From a virus (Duplodnaviria; Caudoviricetes): DNA of 43,273 nt. The stretch lies in IMG/VR virus record IMGVR_UViG_3300032225_001806, positions 1-43,273 of that record; one strand, written 5' to 3'. A model generated the notes under the pieces. That model was not told the DNA's origin, searched no databases, and saw only the letters and a program-made list of their open reading frames with translations. The translations under genes were made by a program, and so were the position numbers. How positions within the stretch are numbered: the first letter of the stretch is position 1; the number at the start of each line of letters is the position of its first letter. This document shows, one piece after another, positions 35,160 through 43,273 of the stretch.

Positions 35160-35480
35160 ATGCCACGTAAGTTAGCTGTGCAGGACCGAAGCAGTAGCCC
35201 TAAAAGAAAAATTAGCGGCTCTTTATCTACTTATGCCCTTCAAAAAGCGTCACAACAAGGCAGTAGATTAGAAAGTCTAGACACTGATTATCCTGAACTA
35301 TTTAATAGTAATAGAGCTAAGTTTATTGAAGCTCACGGTGTTACTGATATACGTCACCACAAGGGAAGCATTATTGGCAAAGTTGAAGTTTCTTACAAAG
35401 ATAACCCTGGTGTAACGGTGCGCGAGCTTACTAATTTTGGCAAGACTATGCAGTCAACCAAAGACGTTTTAGGATACTAA
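35160..35480 (+). CDS. Hypothetical protein with SRLES motif
   Basis: GAGGT SD; QGSRLESL. Confidence 0.65.
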   Translation: MPRKLAVQDRSSSPKRKISGSLSTYALQKASQQGSRLESLDTDYPELFNSNRAKFIEAHGVTDIRHHKGSIIGKVEVSYKDNPGVTVRELTNFGKTMQSTKDVLGY

Positions 35481-35481
35481 A

Positions 35482-35550
35482 ATGAGCCGCTCAGAGGAAT
35501 TTAATTCTGTATCTATAGGCGATGACCATTTCCATAATCGGGAGGATTAA
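35482..35550 (+). CDS. 22-aa mini-ORF, possible remnant of an MSRSEEF-leader gene
   Basis: MSRSEEFNSVSIGDDHFHNRED; first 20 nt identical to those of the gene at 36044. Confidence 0.45.
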   Translation: MSRSEEFNSVSIGDDHFHNRED

Positions 35551-36044
35551 TGAGTACGGAGAGGGAGTCTAAAGACGACACTGAAGTCGGTGGCGGGGGC
35601 GGTTCTGACTCCGGCTTAGGAGTTGCTCGTTACGGCAGTGTTGGTTCCGTACCTGTTGGTCGAACTGTTACAGTAAATGTTCCGGTTAGGAATACTTCTC
35701 CTATAAGTAAGCAGTTTAGTAATTTAAAAACTTATATTCAAAATAATAGAACTTATTATCATGGTAGCCCCGCAGAACTCCCTGTAGGAACTCGCCTACG
35801 TAATGGTAGGCGTGACCAATCCGGAGCTTCTGCTACTAGTAATAAAAAGGTTGCCGCACGTTTTGCTGGCCGTTGGGTCCCCCCTAGTTTTGATACCACA
35901 CCGACTATTTATAAAGTTAAAGCTGTTAACAGCGATGTTGTAAAAAGTACAAAAAATAATGGTTTAAAAGAATATAATTCTCGCAATTTTGTAGTTGTTG
36001 GACAGACAAAAATTCCAAAAAAGTATAAAAATAGAGGCGACTAA
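35550..36044 (+). CDS. Putative ADP-ribosyltransferase (Arr-like) with Gly-rich leader
   Basis: YYHGSPAELPVG...SAT...AARFA...IYKV...EYNSRNFVVVG resembles the Arr-type ART pattern. Confidence 0.55.
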   Translation: MSTERESKDDTEVGGGGGSDSGLGVARYGSVGSVPVGRTVTVNVPVRNTSPISKQFSNLKTYIQNNRTYYHGSPAELPVGTRLRNGRRDQSGASATSNKKVAARFAGRWVPPSFDTTPTIYKVKAVNSDVVKSTKNNGLKEYNSRNFVVVGQTKIPKKYKNRGD

Positions 36045-36502
36045 TGAGCCGCTCAGAGGAATTCCAAGGCAGTAGACTGGAAAGTATAGGACACCCCAGT
36101 TTGCTTCACCCTAATTTTACAGATGAGCATTTTGGCAGCAATTTAGGATGGGTTCCTACGCATTTAATGCAAAAATTTCAAGGTAATAATCTTAGATATG
36201 ACCCAAAAAATATAATTTCTGATTTAAAAGAAGGCAGGGGATTAAAAGAAGCGTTGCACTTAGACTTCGACCCGAAAACTAGATGGGCTCGTCTCGCTGA
36301 GGGGAACCACAGACTGCACGCAGCACTTGCAACAAATACTCCATACGTTCCAGTAGTAGGATGGAGAAACAAAAACCTTTCTACTTCAATGGGTACTCAC
36401 ACAGGTCTTTCTGAAGAAGATGTGGCGCCTTTTATAGACAAAACTGGTTACTTTCCTGGAAACTTCAACCCTCGACTTATATTTGGGAGCGCAGTAAAAT
36501 GA
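36044..36502 (+). CDS. ParB/Srx-like domain protein
   Basis: LAEGNHRLHAA...VPV. Confidence 0.7.
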   Translation: MSRSEEFQGSRLESIGHPSLLHPNFTDEHFGSNLGWVPTHLMQKFQGNNLRYDPKNIISDLKEGRGLKEALHLDFDPKTRWARLAEGNHRLHAALATNTPYVPVVGWRNKNLSTSMGTHTGLSEEDVAPFIDKTGYFPGNFNPRLIFGSAVK

Positions 36503-37125
36503 GCCGTTCACAAGCTTTTCAAAGTGGGAGAAGAGAGACTATAAACGTGCAGCCGGTTGCCCCACCGGCACCCAGGCAGCCGCACACCCCCGAGGAGAGC
36601 GCTGCCATTCAAGGGAACATAGACGACGTTACCTCGCATCTTTACAGAACTTTTGGCAGCGGAGGTATAGATAAGGTAGATTTGGTTAAGATGCCTTATC
36701 GTCAAACGGACAAAGACGCTTTATTTCAAAACCATCAATTTTCCGGAGCCTCAATCCCCCCTAGAGGCGAGGCGCATATCCTGGGCGATTATGTGCAGCG
36801 TCGTTTTGCAGTGGCTAGAGTGGCTGGGAAGCACATTCCTTTCTATATGTCATCCGGTTCAGCAGGTAAAACCACATCTTCCGGGGGTTCTACAGGAGGC
36901 CTTTGGCTTCCCGCTATGGGTATCCATCACGCAGACGAGTGGATAAATAAAGCAAAAGGCATAGAGAACTACTACGGCAGCCACCACCTTGCTCAAATAG
37001 GGCATACTATCGGGCAGCATTTCTCTAATCTTTCAACACCTGTTCCTATAGTCAGCGGCGGTCCTCACATTTCTTTCATAAACAGCGCTATGAAGAATGC
37101 GCCTGTCCGAATGCCCCCTATTTAA
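36499..37125 (+). CDS. Hypothetical protein
   Basis: 208 aa, MSRSQAF leader, PFYMSSG..GK. Confidence 0.7.
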   Translation: MSRSQAFQSGRRETINVQPVAPPAPRQPHTPEESAAIQGNIDDVTSHLYRTFGSGGIDKVDLVKMPYRQTDKDALFQNHQFSGASIPPRGEAHILGDYVQRRFAVARVAGKHIPFYMSSGSAGKTTSSGGSTGGLWLPAMGIHHADEWINKAKGIENYYGSHHLAQIGHTIGQHFSNLSTPVPIVSGGPHISFINSAMKNAPVRMPPI

Positions 37126-37133
37126 GGATAATA

Positions 37134-37568
37134 ATGAGCCTAAAGAACGAGTTGAAGCCCCTTCTGGCCGATGTGGTCAGCTTCTACTTCCGTGCCCACG
37201 GGCACCACTGGAACGTAGAAGGCGAGGACTTCTCGCAGTACCACGCGCTGTTCCAGGAGATTTACGAAGACGCCTACTCATCAATCGACCCAATCGCGGA
37301 AAATATTCGCAAACTAGGCGACTACGCGCCGTTCCGCCTAGAACGATTCATCGAACTAGCGGAAATCCCCGACAAGGCCTCCGACAAAACCTCACCAAAA
37401 GCCATGGCAGAAGACCTACTCAAATGCAACGAATACCTGATTAAATCTCTTAAAGCCATTTTTCGGGTAGCTAACGAAGAAGACGAACAAGGAATAGCCA
37501 ATTTTTTGGCAGAAAGAATTGACATGCACCAAAAGTGGAGCTGGCAATTGAAAGCTAGTTTAAAATAA
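37134..37568 (+). CDS. dps: Dps / DNA-protecting ferritin-like protein
   Basis: HWNVEG..F..YH.LFQEIY...D.IAENIRKLG...H.KW.WQL. Confidence 0.92.
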   Translation: MSLKNELKPLLADVVSFYFRAHGHHWNVEGEDFSQYHALFQEIYEDAYSSIDPIAENIRKLGDYAPFRLERFIELAEIPDKASDKTSPKAMAEDLLKCNEYLIKSLKAIFRVANEEDEQGIANFLAERIDMHQKWSWQLKASLK

Positions 37569-37621
37569 TATAGTGTGTTGAATTAGGTACACTTATATTA
37601 ACTTTGTTGAAAGGATAAAAA

Positions 37622-38188
37622 ATGAGTACAGACAGCCTCAATGTAGATGATACCGAATCAGGTGGCGGTGGAACTGATGGGGGTGGAGCAGGGCGTTTTA
37701 GTTTAGGAGGCGGTCCTAGGGGAGGTCGTGTAGTAACAGTTGGTCGCGGTGCTCCCGTTGCTATTATTTCCAAACCAACTCCTATTAGCAGACAATTTAC
37801 AGGAACAACCCAACATAATACTAAAGATTGGCATCAAGTATTAAAAGACCTTAAAAAATCGTCTGGTTTTGGACTTAGACCGGCGGTACCTGCTGGTAAC
37901 ACGCACCCCACACCTATAAGTTACGTTGCGGACAATGCCCGTGTTCATATTTATCCAACTGGTGGTGGAAGTAGACAAAGCTATCTTGTACACGAAGTAC
38001 AACCCGGTACTTATAAAGGTGTACAAGGTATGTGGGTTGGTAGAGGCGCTTCTAAAAAATTTATTTATAACGCTAATATTCGTGGCCTTGAAGGCGGGTT
38101 TGTAGATAGAAAAGGTAACGACGTAAGCGTTCCTCGTTATTTGTATAAGGACTCAGACAGTAGGCGAATTGTCAGTAGAGGCGATTAA
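37622..38188 (+). CDS. Hypothetical protein with Gly-rich leader
   Basis: Leader paralogous to that of 35550-36044. Confidence 0.7.
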   Translation: MSTDSLNVDDTESGGGGTDGGGAGRFSLGGGPRGGRVVTVGRGAPVAIISKPTPISRQFTGTTQHNTKDWHQVLKDLKKSSGFGLRPAVPAGNTHPTPISYVADNARVHIYPTGGGSRQSYLVHEVQPGTYKGVQGMWVGRGASKKFIYNANIRGLEGGFVDRKGNDVSVPRYLYKDSDSRRIVSRGD

Positions 38189-38941
38189 ATGGATAACTCT
38201 AGGTTAGAAAGCCTTGACAATAATGTCGGGGCAACCGATACTGGCGTTTCTTCTTTATCTGATGCAGCTAGTGAGTGGTCTGCCCGACTTGGGCTACATC
38301 GCCCGCGTCAGTTTCATAATGTAGTTGTAAATATTCCCCAAGGGCGCAGAATTGCTTCTGAGTACATGGATGCTCCTGAATTTGACCCGTCAGTAGCACA
38401 CCACTGGGCTTCTATGGCTGAAGAAACTAATCGCCAATTTGACTTTTTAACACTGCCTAAACATAAAGGTGGTTTAGGCATTGATGTGAATGTTACTGAA
38501 CATGACCCCTATAAAAGAGTAAGGGATATGATTTCCGATATTCGTGACAACAATCATCTGTCTGTTATGAGTACAAAAACCACTGGGGGCCATCCATTTT
38601 TTTCTAATGATGATAATGACCGTTTCCGTGCTGTTCATGACGCGTTTGGTCACGCTGCTACAGGGCGTGGGTTTGACCCACATGGTGAAGAGGCTGCTTT
38701 CCGTAGTCACTTTGCAATGTTTACTCCTGCTGCCCGCCCTGCTATGGCCACTGAAACTCGAGGTCAGAATAGCGCTCTTAACTATGGTGGTCCTGGAGGC
38801 GGTCCATTGTCAGATTTTGCACCGCAGAAAGTAGCCGTTCTTCCAAGTGCTACACTCATAACTCCAATTGGACGCCGAGCCATGCTTCTACAAGGACTGC
38901 AGGAAGCAAGAAGGGCGCACAGTAGAGCGTTCCCACGATAA
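38189..38941 (+). CDS. Putative metallopeptidase-like protein (HDxxGH...E)
   Basis: FRAVHDAFGH...GEEAA...H...TETRGQNS. Confidence 0.55.
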   Translation: MDNSRLESLDNNVGATDTGVSSLSDAASEWSARLGLHRPRQFHNVVVNIPQGRRIASEYMDAPEFDPSVAHHWASMAEETNRQFDFLTLPKHKGGLGIDVNVTEHDPYKRVRDMISDIRDNNHLSVMSTKTTGGHPFFSNDDNDRFRAVHDAFGHAATGRGFDPHGEEAAFRSHFAMFTPAARPAMATETRGQNSALNYGGPGGGPLSDFAPQKVAVLPSATLITPIGRRAMLLQGLQEARRAHSRAFPR

Positions 38942-38954
38942 AAAGGCTAACAAA

Positions 38955-39161
38955 ATGAAAACATTTAAGGCGAATTTAGACGTTACTACTTTAGAATTTT
39001 TACTTGATTTGCCCGAAGGTGTGGCAGTAGCCGGTGCAGAAATGCGCGGACGGTCTGTTGTTTTTACACTGAGTACAAATGCAGAGGTAACAAAACCAAT
39101 AGTAAACCTTTTTTATAGTATGAATGAAGAGGGCCATATGTTGTTGCAAGGAATAGAATAA
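38955..39161 (+). CDS. Hypothetical protein
   Basis: ATG 38955; TAATG-coupled to the next gene. Confidence 0.6.
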   Translation: MKTFKANLDVTTLEFLLDLPEGVAVAGAEMRGRSVVFTLSTNAEVTKPIVNLFYSMNEEGHMLLQGIE

Positions 39162-39649
39162 TGGCTGATAAACTTAAAAAGAAACCGCCAAAAAACCCTG
39201 CTCAAACTTTTGGAGACTCTGATTACTCATACATTCTTAGTAAAATAGGTGCGGCACCTACAGATGTAAATTTGGCAGTAATGCGCCATTGGCACAACCA
39301 CGAGCTTAACAATCGCACTCACAACCCTTTTAGTACTAGTCAACCTTTTAAGGGCTCCGATTCTCGTAGAATAAAAAACTATGATACTCGGCAACATGGT
39401 CTTGATGCAACTGTTGATACGCTAATGAATGTAAATAAAGGCCGTACATATAGAAATGTGGTAAATTCTTTTAGAACTTCTGGGGCCCAAGAAATTATTA
39501 AAGCTATAACTGAGTCCCCTTGGGAATACAAACATTATGATTCCAATGGAAATTGGCGCAAAGGTAAATTGTGGTCTAGTTATAAAGGTCCTATGTATCC
39601 TTCTTGTAAAGCAATAGGAGCACAATTTACTAGGAGAGGAACTCCCTAA
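39161..39649 (+). CDS. Putative lysozyme-fold (glucosaminidase/transglycosylase-like) protein
   Basis: W...E...NPF...Y....GLDATVDTL...Y...SPW pattern. Confidence 0.45.
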   Translation: MADKLKKKPPKNPAQTFGDSDYSYILSKIGAAPTDVNLAVMRHWHNHELNNRTHNPFSTSQPFKGSDSRRIKNYDTRQHGLDATVDTLMNVNKGRTYRNVVNSFRTSGAQEIIKAITESPWEYKHYDSNGNWRKGKLWSSYKGPMYPSCKAIGAQFTRRGTP

Positions 39650-39777
39650 TGCCATTTAAATCTCAAAAACAACGTGAATTTATGTACGCTCTTTATCCTG
39701 AGATGGCTAAAGAATGGGAAAAGGAAACACCAAAGGGCAAAAAACTTCCTAAATATGTGAAGCCTAAAAAGAAATGA
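39649..39777 (+). CDS. Small basic MPFKS-type phage protein (42 aa, not in ORF track)
   Basis: MPFKSQKQREFMYALYPEMAKEWEKETPKGKKLPKYVKPKKK; coupled on both sides. Confidence 0.75.
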   Translation: MPFKSQKQREFMYALYPEMAKEWEKETPKGKKLPKYVKPKKK

Positions 39778-40877
39778 AAAGAAGGCAGTGGCTTAGATTT
39801 ATAGGGATTGTCCCTGTTTGGATTTCCCTTGCCTCTGCAGCCTTAGCCGTGCCCTTTTTTGCTGTTCCAGACAACTTAGTTAAAAATAGTTCTTTTGAGC
39901 AGCCTTCTATACCTAGTCAAAAACTTATTGGTCGCCCGTCAGACTGGAAAGTAACATCTACTAAAGCGGGGGATATCCTTAGACCGGGAATTAGAATTCG
40001 TAAAGTTTCTGACGCGCCTGATGGAAATCAAGTTGTTGAGCTAAACAGTGTGATTCGAGTAAAAGTTTCACAAAAACTATCTGTTTTGCCGCACGCAACC
40101 TATAAAGTATCTTGGATGCAAAAAACGGTACAGAGTATTTACGAAACTACCTTTTCTGGCGTAGAAACCGACACCGCTGTACTAGGCGGCACTGAGTGTG
40201 AACCAGTGGTATCAGAGTGGTATCAGTGCTCTTATAACGTCACTATTGATGACAGTGATGAAGTGGCGCTGTTCATACAGGCGGAAAATACGGGCTCGTA
40301 CGGAAATCTTATTGATGATGTTCAAGTTGTTTTGCTAAGCGCTCCACAGCCCTCACCAACCAACACGACATCAAATACCCCAACGCCGAGCCCAACAACA
40401 GAACCCACGACAATTATAGAGACTCCGACTGTAGAGCCAACTCCGACTGTTTCTGAGCCCTCAGATAATCCTTCTCCCAGCCAGTCAGAGGCTTCTCCTT
40501 CCGCTTCTGACGAACCATCTCCGACAGAGTTGCCAACAGAACCTGCTCCACTACCCACTCCTGACATGACTGACCTGACGCCCGAACCGGCGCCCTCTGG
40601 TTTGATTGATAATCCAAGTATACCAGAGACAGTAATGCTGAAGAATGGTGTGGTCCTACCAATTGATGTTGCAGATGCTTTGCAGGCAGTAGATAGTCCA
40701 ATTGAGGCAATAACAACGGCGTTTACTAATCCTAAGAAATTTTTTAAAGCGCTAAATAATGTTGGCGCTGATTTAGCACCTCCAGTCAGGAAGAAAGCAC
40801 AAAGCGTTGTTATTTCTGCGATAATTGTTGTACAGATAGCTGGCAACATTGCCGCTATGTTAGTGAGGAAGATATAA
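39774..40877 (+). CDS. Membrane-anchored surface protein: signal/TM, CBM-like domain, Pro/Thr linker, C-terminal TM
   Basis: NLVKNSSFE...LIDDVQV jelly-roll pattern; PT/PS-rich stalk; hydrophobic ends. Confidence 0.7.
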   Translation: MKRRQWLRFIGIVPVWISLASAALAVPFFAVPDNLVKNSSFEQPSIPSQKLIGRPSDWKVTSTKAGDILRPGIRIRKVSDAPDGNQVVELNSVIRVKVSQKLSVLPHATYKVSWMQKTVQSIYETTFSGVETDTAVLGGTECEPVVSEWYQCSYNVTIDDSDEVALFIQAENTGSYGNLIDDVQVVLLSAPQPSPTNTTSNTPTPSPTTEPTTIIETPTVEPTPTVSEPSDNPSPSQSEASPSASDEPSPTELPTEPAPLPTPDMTDLTPEPAPSGLIDNPSIPETVMLKNGVVLPIDVADALQAVDSPIEAITTAFTNPKKFFKALNNVGADLAPPVRKKAQSVVISAIIVVQIAGNIAAMLVRKI

Positions 40878-40881
40878 ACTT

Positions 40882-41082
40882 ATGAAGCGATTTTTTTCGT
40901 GGATTAAGGATAGCTTTGTAGAAACGTTGAACCAGACCTTTACCCTCCTAGGCTTTTTTGTAGCCTGGGTGGTGCTCGAAGGGAGCGCCCGAACAATAGT
41001 CGGATTGGCTATCCTCTGGTCCTTAGCAGTGTGGTTAGTAACGTTACGTATTCGTGAAAAAAATGGGGATAATGAGTCATAA
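40882..41082 (+). CDS. Small two-TM membrane protein
   Basis: Two hydrophobic helices. Confidence 0.65.
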   Translation: MKRFFSWIKDSFVETLNQTFTLLGFFVAWVVLEGSARTIVGLAILWSLAVWLVTLRIREKNGDNES

Positions 41083-41134
41083 TATTATATTTACATGTAT
41101 ACTAAAAACAGTGTCAATTTAATTAGGAGTTAAT

Positions 41135-41713
41135 ATGGCTAGCAAAGACCCTGCTGCGGCTAAAGCTGCTGCTGCTGCAAAGAATAAGGCTCGTTCTGAT
41201 GAATTGAAAGCTTTAAAGACTAGCGACCCTGAAGCTTATAAAAAGCGTGTAGCAGATGCTAAGGCTAGTTTAAAGGTTCTTTCTGATAAAGCTGCTGCTC
41301 GTCGTGCATCAAACCCTGCAGCGCAGGCAAAATATGACGAAAGTAAAAAAGCTGCTGCAGATAAAGCTGCTGCTCGTAAGCAAGCTGCTGCAGATAAAGC
41401 TACTGCTCGTAAAAAGTCATCAGATGATAAATTAGAGAACTCAAGTAGTTACAAAAAATGGTCAGCCTCTAATCCTAATTCAAGCAAAGATGATTACCGT
41501 AGTTATTTAAAAGCCTCGCTGAAGTCTTTAGCTGATAAAGGGTACCAAAAGTATGCTTCTTCGCACGAAGGCGCCAGTAGAGAAGACTACAGTAAGTATG
41601 CTTCAGCTAAAGTTAAAGCAATGGCTACTGCTGCCCGCGAAAAGAAAGCTGCTAGGTTTATGGAAATGAGTAGCTCCCAGCAGATGCAAAATATTCCTAC
41701 TAGCGAAGGATAA
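41135..41713 (+). CDS. Lys/Ala-rich basic protein
   Basis: AGGAG SD; KAAADKAAARK repeats. Confidence 0.75.
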   Translation: MASKDPAAAKAAAAAKNKARSDELKALKTSDPEAYKKRVADAKASLKVLSDKAAARRASNPAAQAKYDESKKAAADKAAARKQAAADKATARKKSSDDKLENSSSYKKWSASNPNSSKDDYRSYLKASLKSLADKGYQKYASSHEGASREDYSKYASAKVKAMATAAREKKAARFMEMSSSQQMQNIPTSEG

Positions 41714-41718
41714 TTTTT

Positions 41719-41967
41719 ATGCCGCGAAATGTTTCTTTACAATCAAGTAGTACCCAATCAAACTCATCCACTTTTAGACCTCCTGTGCGGAATATAAGAA
41801 GTGGTGCCATTAAACCTGTTATGGGACCTATTGCTGACAAAAGCAACGACATTAACCGCATGACTCCTAGTGTTTCACAACAAGATTTTAAACCAATGGT
41901 TCCAGGGACATCTTCCTCAGGTAAGTCGAGTGTTACTGGCGGGCGCGCAGCTACTTCAGAATACTGA
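41719..41967 (+). CDS. Ser-rich hypothetical protein
   Basis: 82-aa ORF with AAGGA SD. Confidence 0.55.
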   Translation: MPRNVSLQSSSTQSNSSTFRPPVRNIRSGAIKPVMGPIADKSNDINRMTPSVSQQDFKPMVPGTSSSGKSSVTGGRAATSEY

Positions 41968-41984
41968 TTGACAGGGATAGTTTT

Positions 41985-42155
41985 ATGAAGCGTAAAAAGC
42001 CAACTAAAACTGTCCCTGTTAATTTATTTCCTGTACAATTTAGAAATGTAAATGTGGGCATGTTTTCGGGCCCTCGACCATCCTATCAACGTTATAGCGC
42101 AAGCCCAGCGGCTTCAGATGTGATTAAGAAGGTAAAGCAAAATGGCTGGATTTGA
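41985..42155 (+). CDS. Small basic hypothetical protein (56 aa, not in ORF track)
   Basis: MKRKKPTKTVPVNLFPVQFRN...; AGGGA SD; fills the gap. Confidence 0.55.
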   Translation: MKRKKPTKTVPVNLFPVQFRNVNVGMFSGPRPSYQRYSASPAASDVIKKVKQNGWI

Positions 42156-42900
42156 TTTACCAGACGCTGCATCAATATTTTCTCGCGCTAAAAGTTTATT
42201 TCCTAGTAAAGGAGTGCGCCGTGGAGGATTTGTTTTGCCTACAAATGTTGTAGGTAATACTCCTGTCATAGGGGACACAGAAGACCATGGCGGCGGTGGG
42301 TCTGATTTATTATTTAGTTCTAGCGTTACTACTGGGTCTGTTAGGCCTGGAAATACTTCAGTCTCTGTTACTCCAGTAGTAGCGGCTGCTGCTCTTGGGG
42401 GAGCAGTATCTGCAGCAGCGGCTGCTGCTAAAAAGAAAAAAGAAACTGCTGCTAAAAAGAAAATAGCAGATGCTGCAAAAGCATCTAAATCAACTGCACA
42501 AGCTGGGCCTAGAGCTATTACATCTCCAAGCCTTGAATCAGCAATTATTGCTGCAAGAGCTCCTTCTATTACAGAACAGGCTGTTCCTGACGCTGCTTAC
42601 ACGACAATTCAAGATTATAAAACTGGTTGGAACCCTTGGAGTGCGCACAGTTCCTTTAAGCCTGAACAAACTGTGGGAGAAATTACAAGCCAAGATTATA
42701 AAACTGGTTGGAATCCTTGGAGCGGACATGAAACACAGGCTAAACCTGAGCCTGCAAAACCTCCTATTGTTCCTCCTACACCTACCCCAATTGACCCAGG
42801 TCCTCAAGAACCTACAAAACCTTCAACTCCTAAAGGTTTAGCGTCAATAGCTACTCTTCCATCACCGACTGCCCAAGTGTGGGTACCGAGAGTTTACTGA
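42142..42900 (+). CDS. Low-complexity hypothetical protein
   Basis: Ala/Lys run, QDYKTGWNPWS twice, Pro-rich tail. Confidence 0.65.
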   Translation: MAGFDLPDAASIFSRAKSLFPSKGVRRGGFVLPTNVVGNTPVIGDTEDHGGGGSDLLFSSSVTTGSVRPGNTSVSVTPVVAAAALGGAVSAAAAAAKKKKETAAKKKIADAAKASKSTAQAGPRAITSPSLESAIIAARAPSITEQAVPDAAYTTIQDYKTGWNPWSAHSSFKPEQTVGEITSQDYKTGWNPWSGHETQAKPEPAKPPIVPPTPTPIDPGPQEPTKPSTPKGLASIATLPSPTAQVWVPRVY

Positions 42901-42908
42901 GGTAAATC

Positions 42909-43273
42909 ATGGCAACATCTCCAGCTCCTAAAAATCCTAAAGAGGGCGACTTTTGGGGCGACAAGCGATATGACGCTAAAGCCCATACGTGGCTAGACAG
43001 AGAAACTTATAACGAAAATAGTAGAGCTGTTAAAGCTGCTGCAGATGCTGAAAAGAAGGCTAAAGCAGATGCTAAAACCAAAGCTGATGCAGATGCTAAA
43101 GCCAAAAAAGCTAAAGACGATGAAACAGCTAGAGAGAATAAAAAAGCTGCTAAAGCTGCTGCAGATGCTGAAACTAAGGCTAAAGCAGATGCTAAAACCA
43201 AAGCTGATGCAGATGCTAAAGCCAAAAAAGCTAAAGACGATGAAACAGCTAGAGAGAATAAAAAAGCAGCAGA
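42909..43273 (+). CDS. Lys/Ala/Asp-rich repeat protein, truncated by the window end
   Basis: ATG after GAGGT; frame open to the end of the window. Confidence 0.75.
   Translation, partial: MATSPAPKNPKEGDFWGDKRYDAKAHTWLDRETYNENSRAVKAAADAEKKAKADAKTKADADAKAKKAKDDETARENKKAAKAAADAETKAKADAKTKADADAKAKKAKDDETARENKKAA
43031..43270 (+). repeat. 120-bp (40-aa) tandem repeat, two copies visible
   Basis: 43031-43150 and 43151-43270 are near-identical. Confidence 0.9.

Overview
A 43-kb segment of a large tailed dsDNA phage genome, most likely an AT-rich actinobacteriophage (two WhiB genes, an MSMEG_6728-type glycosylase and an actinobacterial-type LexA box). No capsid, terminase or integrase gene is recognisable. 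There are three blocks. (1) 1-23 kb, + strand: replication/recombination genes (SNF2 helicase, SSB, PolA, RecA, Cas4-like, RuvC-like), SpoVS, a metallophosphoesterase, tRNA-Ile(UAU), a nucleotidyltransferase/endolysin/glycosyltransferase cluster and class II RNR. (2) 23-34 kb, - strand: small early-type genes and a MoxR AAA/vWA pair, preceded by a 4.1-kb array of one-gene expression cassettes. Each cassette has a shared promoter, a covarying leader hairpin and its own terminator, and they are separated by clusters of an 11-7-11 palindrome built from GTTGGCTAGAATA. A parS-like site lies inside the array and a perfect SOS box sits at its edge. (3) 34-43 kb, + strand: small proteins with shared leader motifs carrying ART, ParB-like, peptidase-like and lysozyme-like domains, plus Dps and Lys/Ala-rich proteins. 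All protein calls come from motif recognition by eye, not from database searches.
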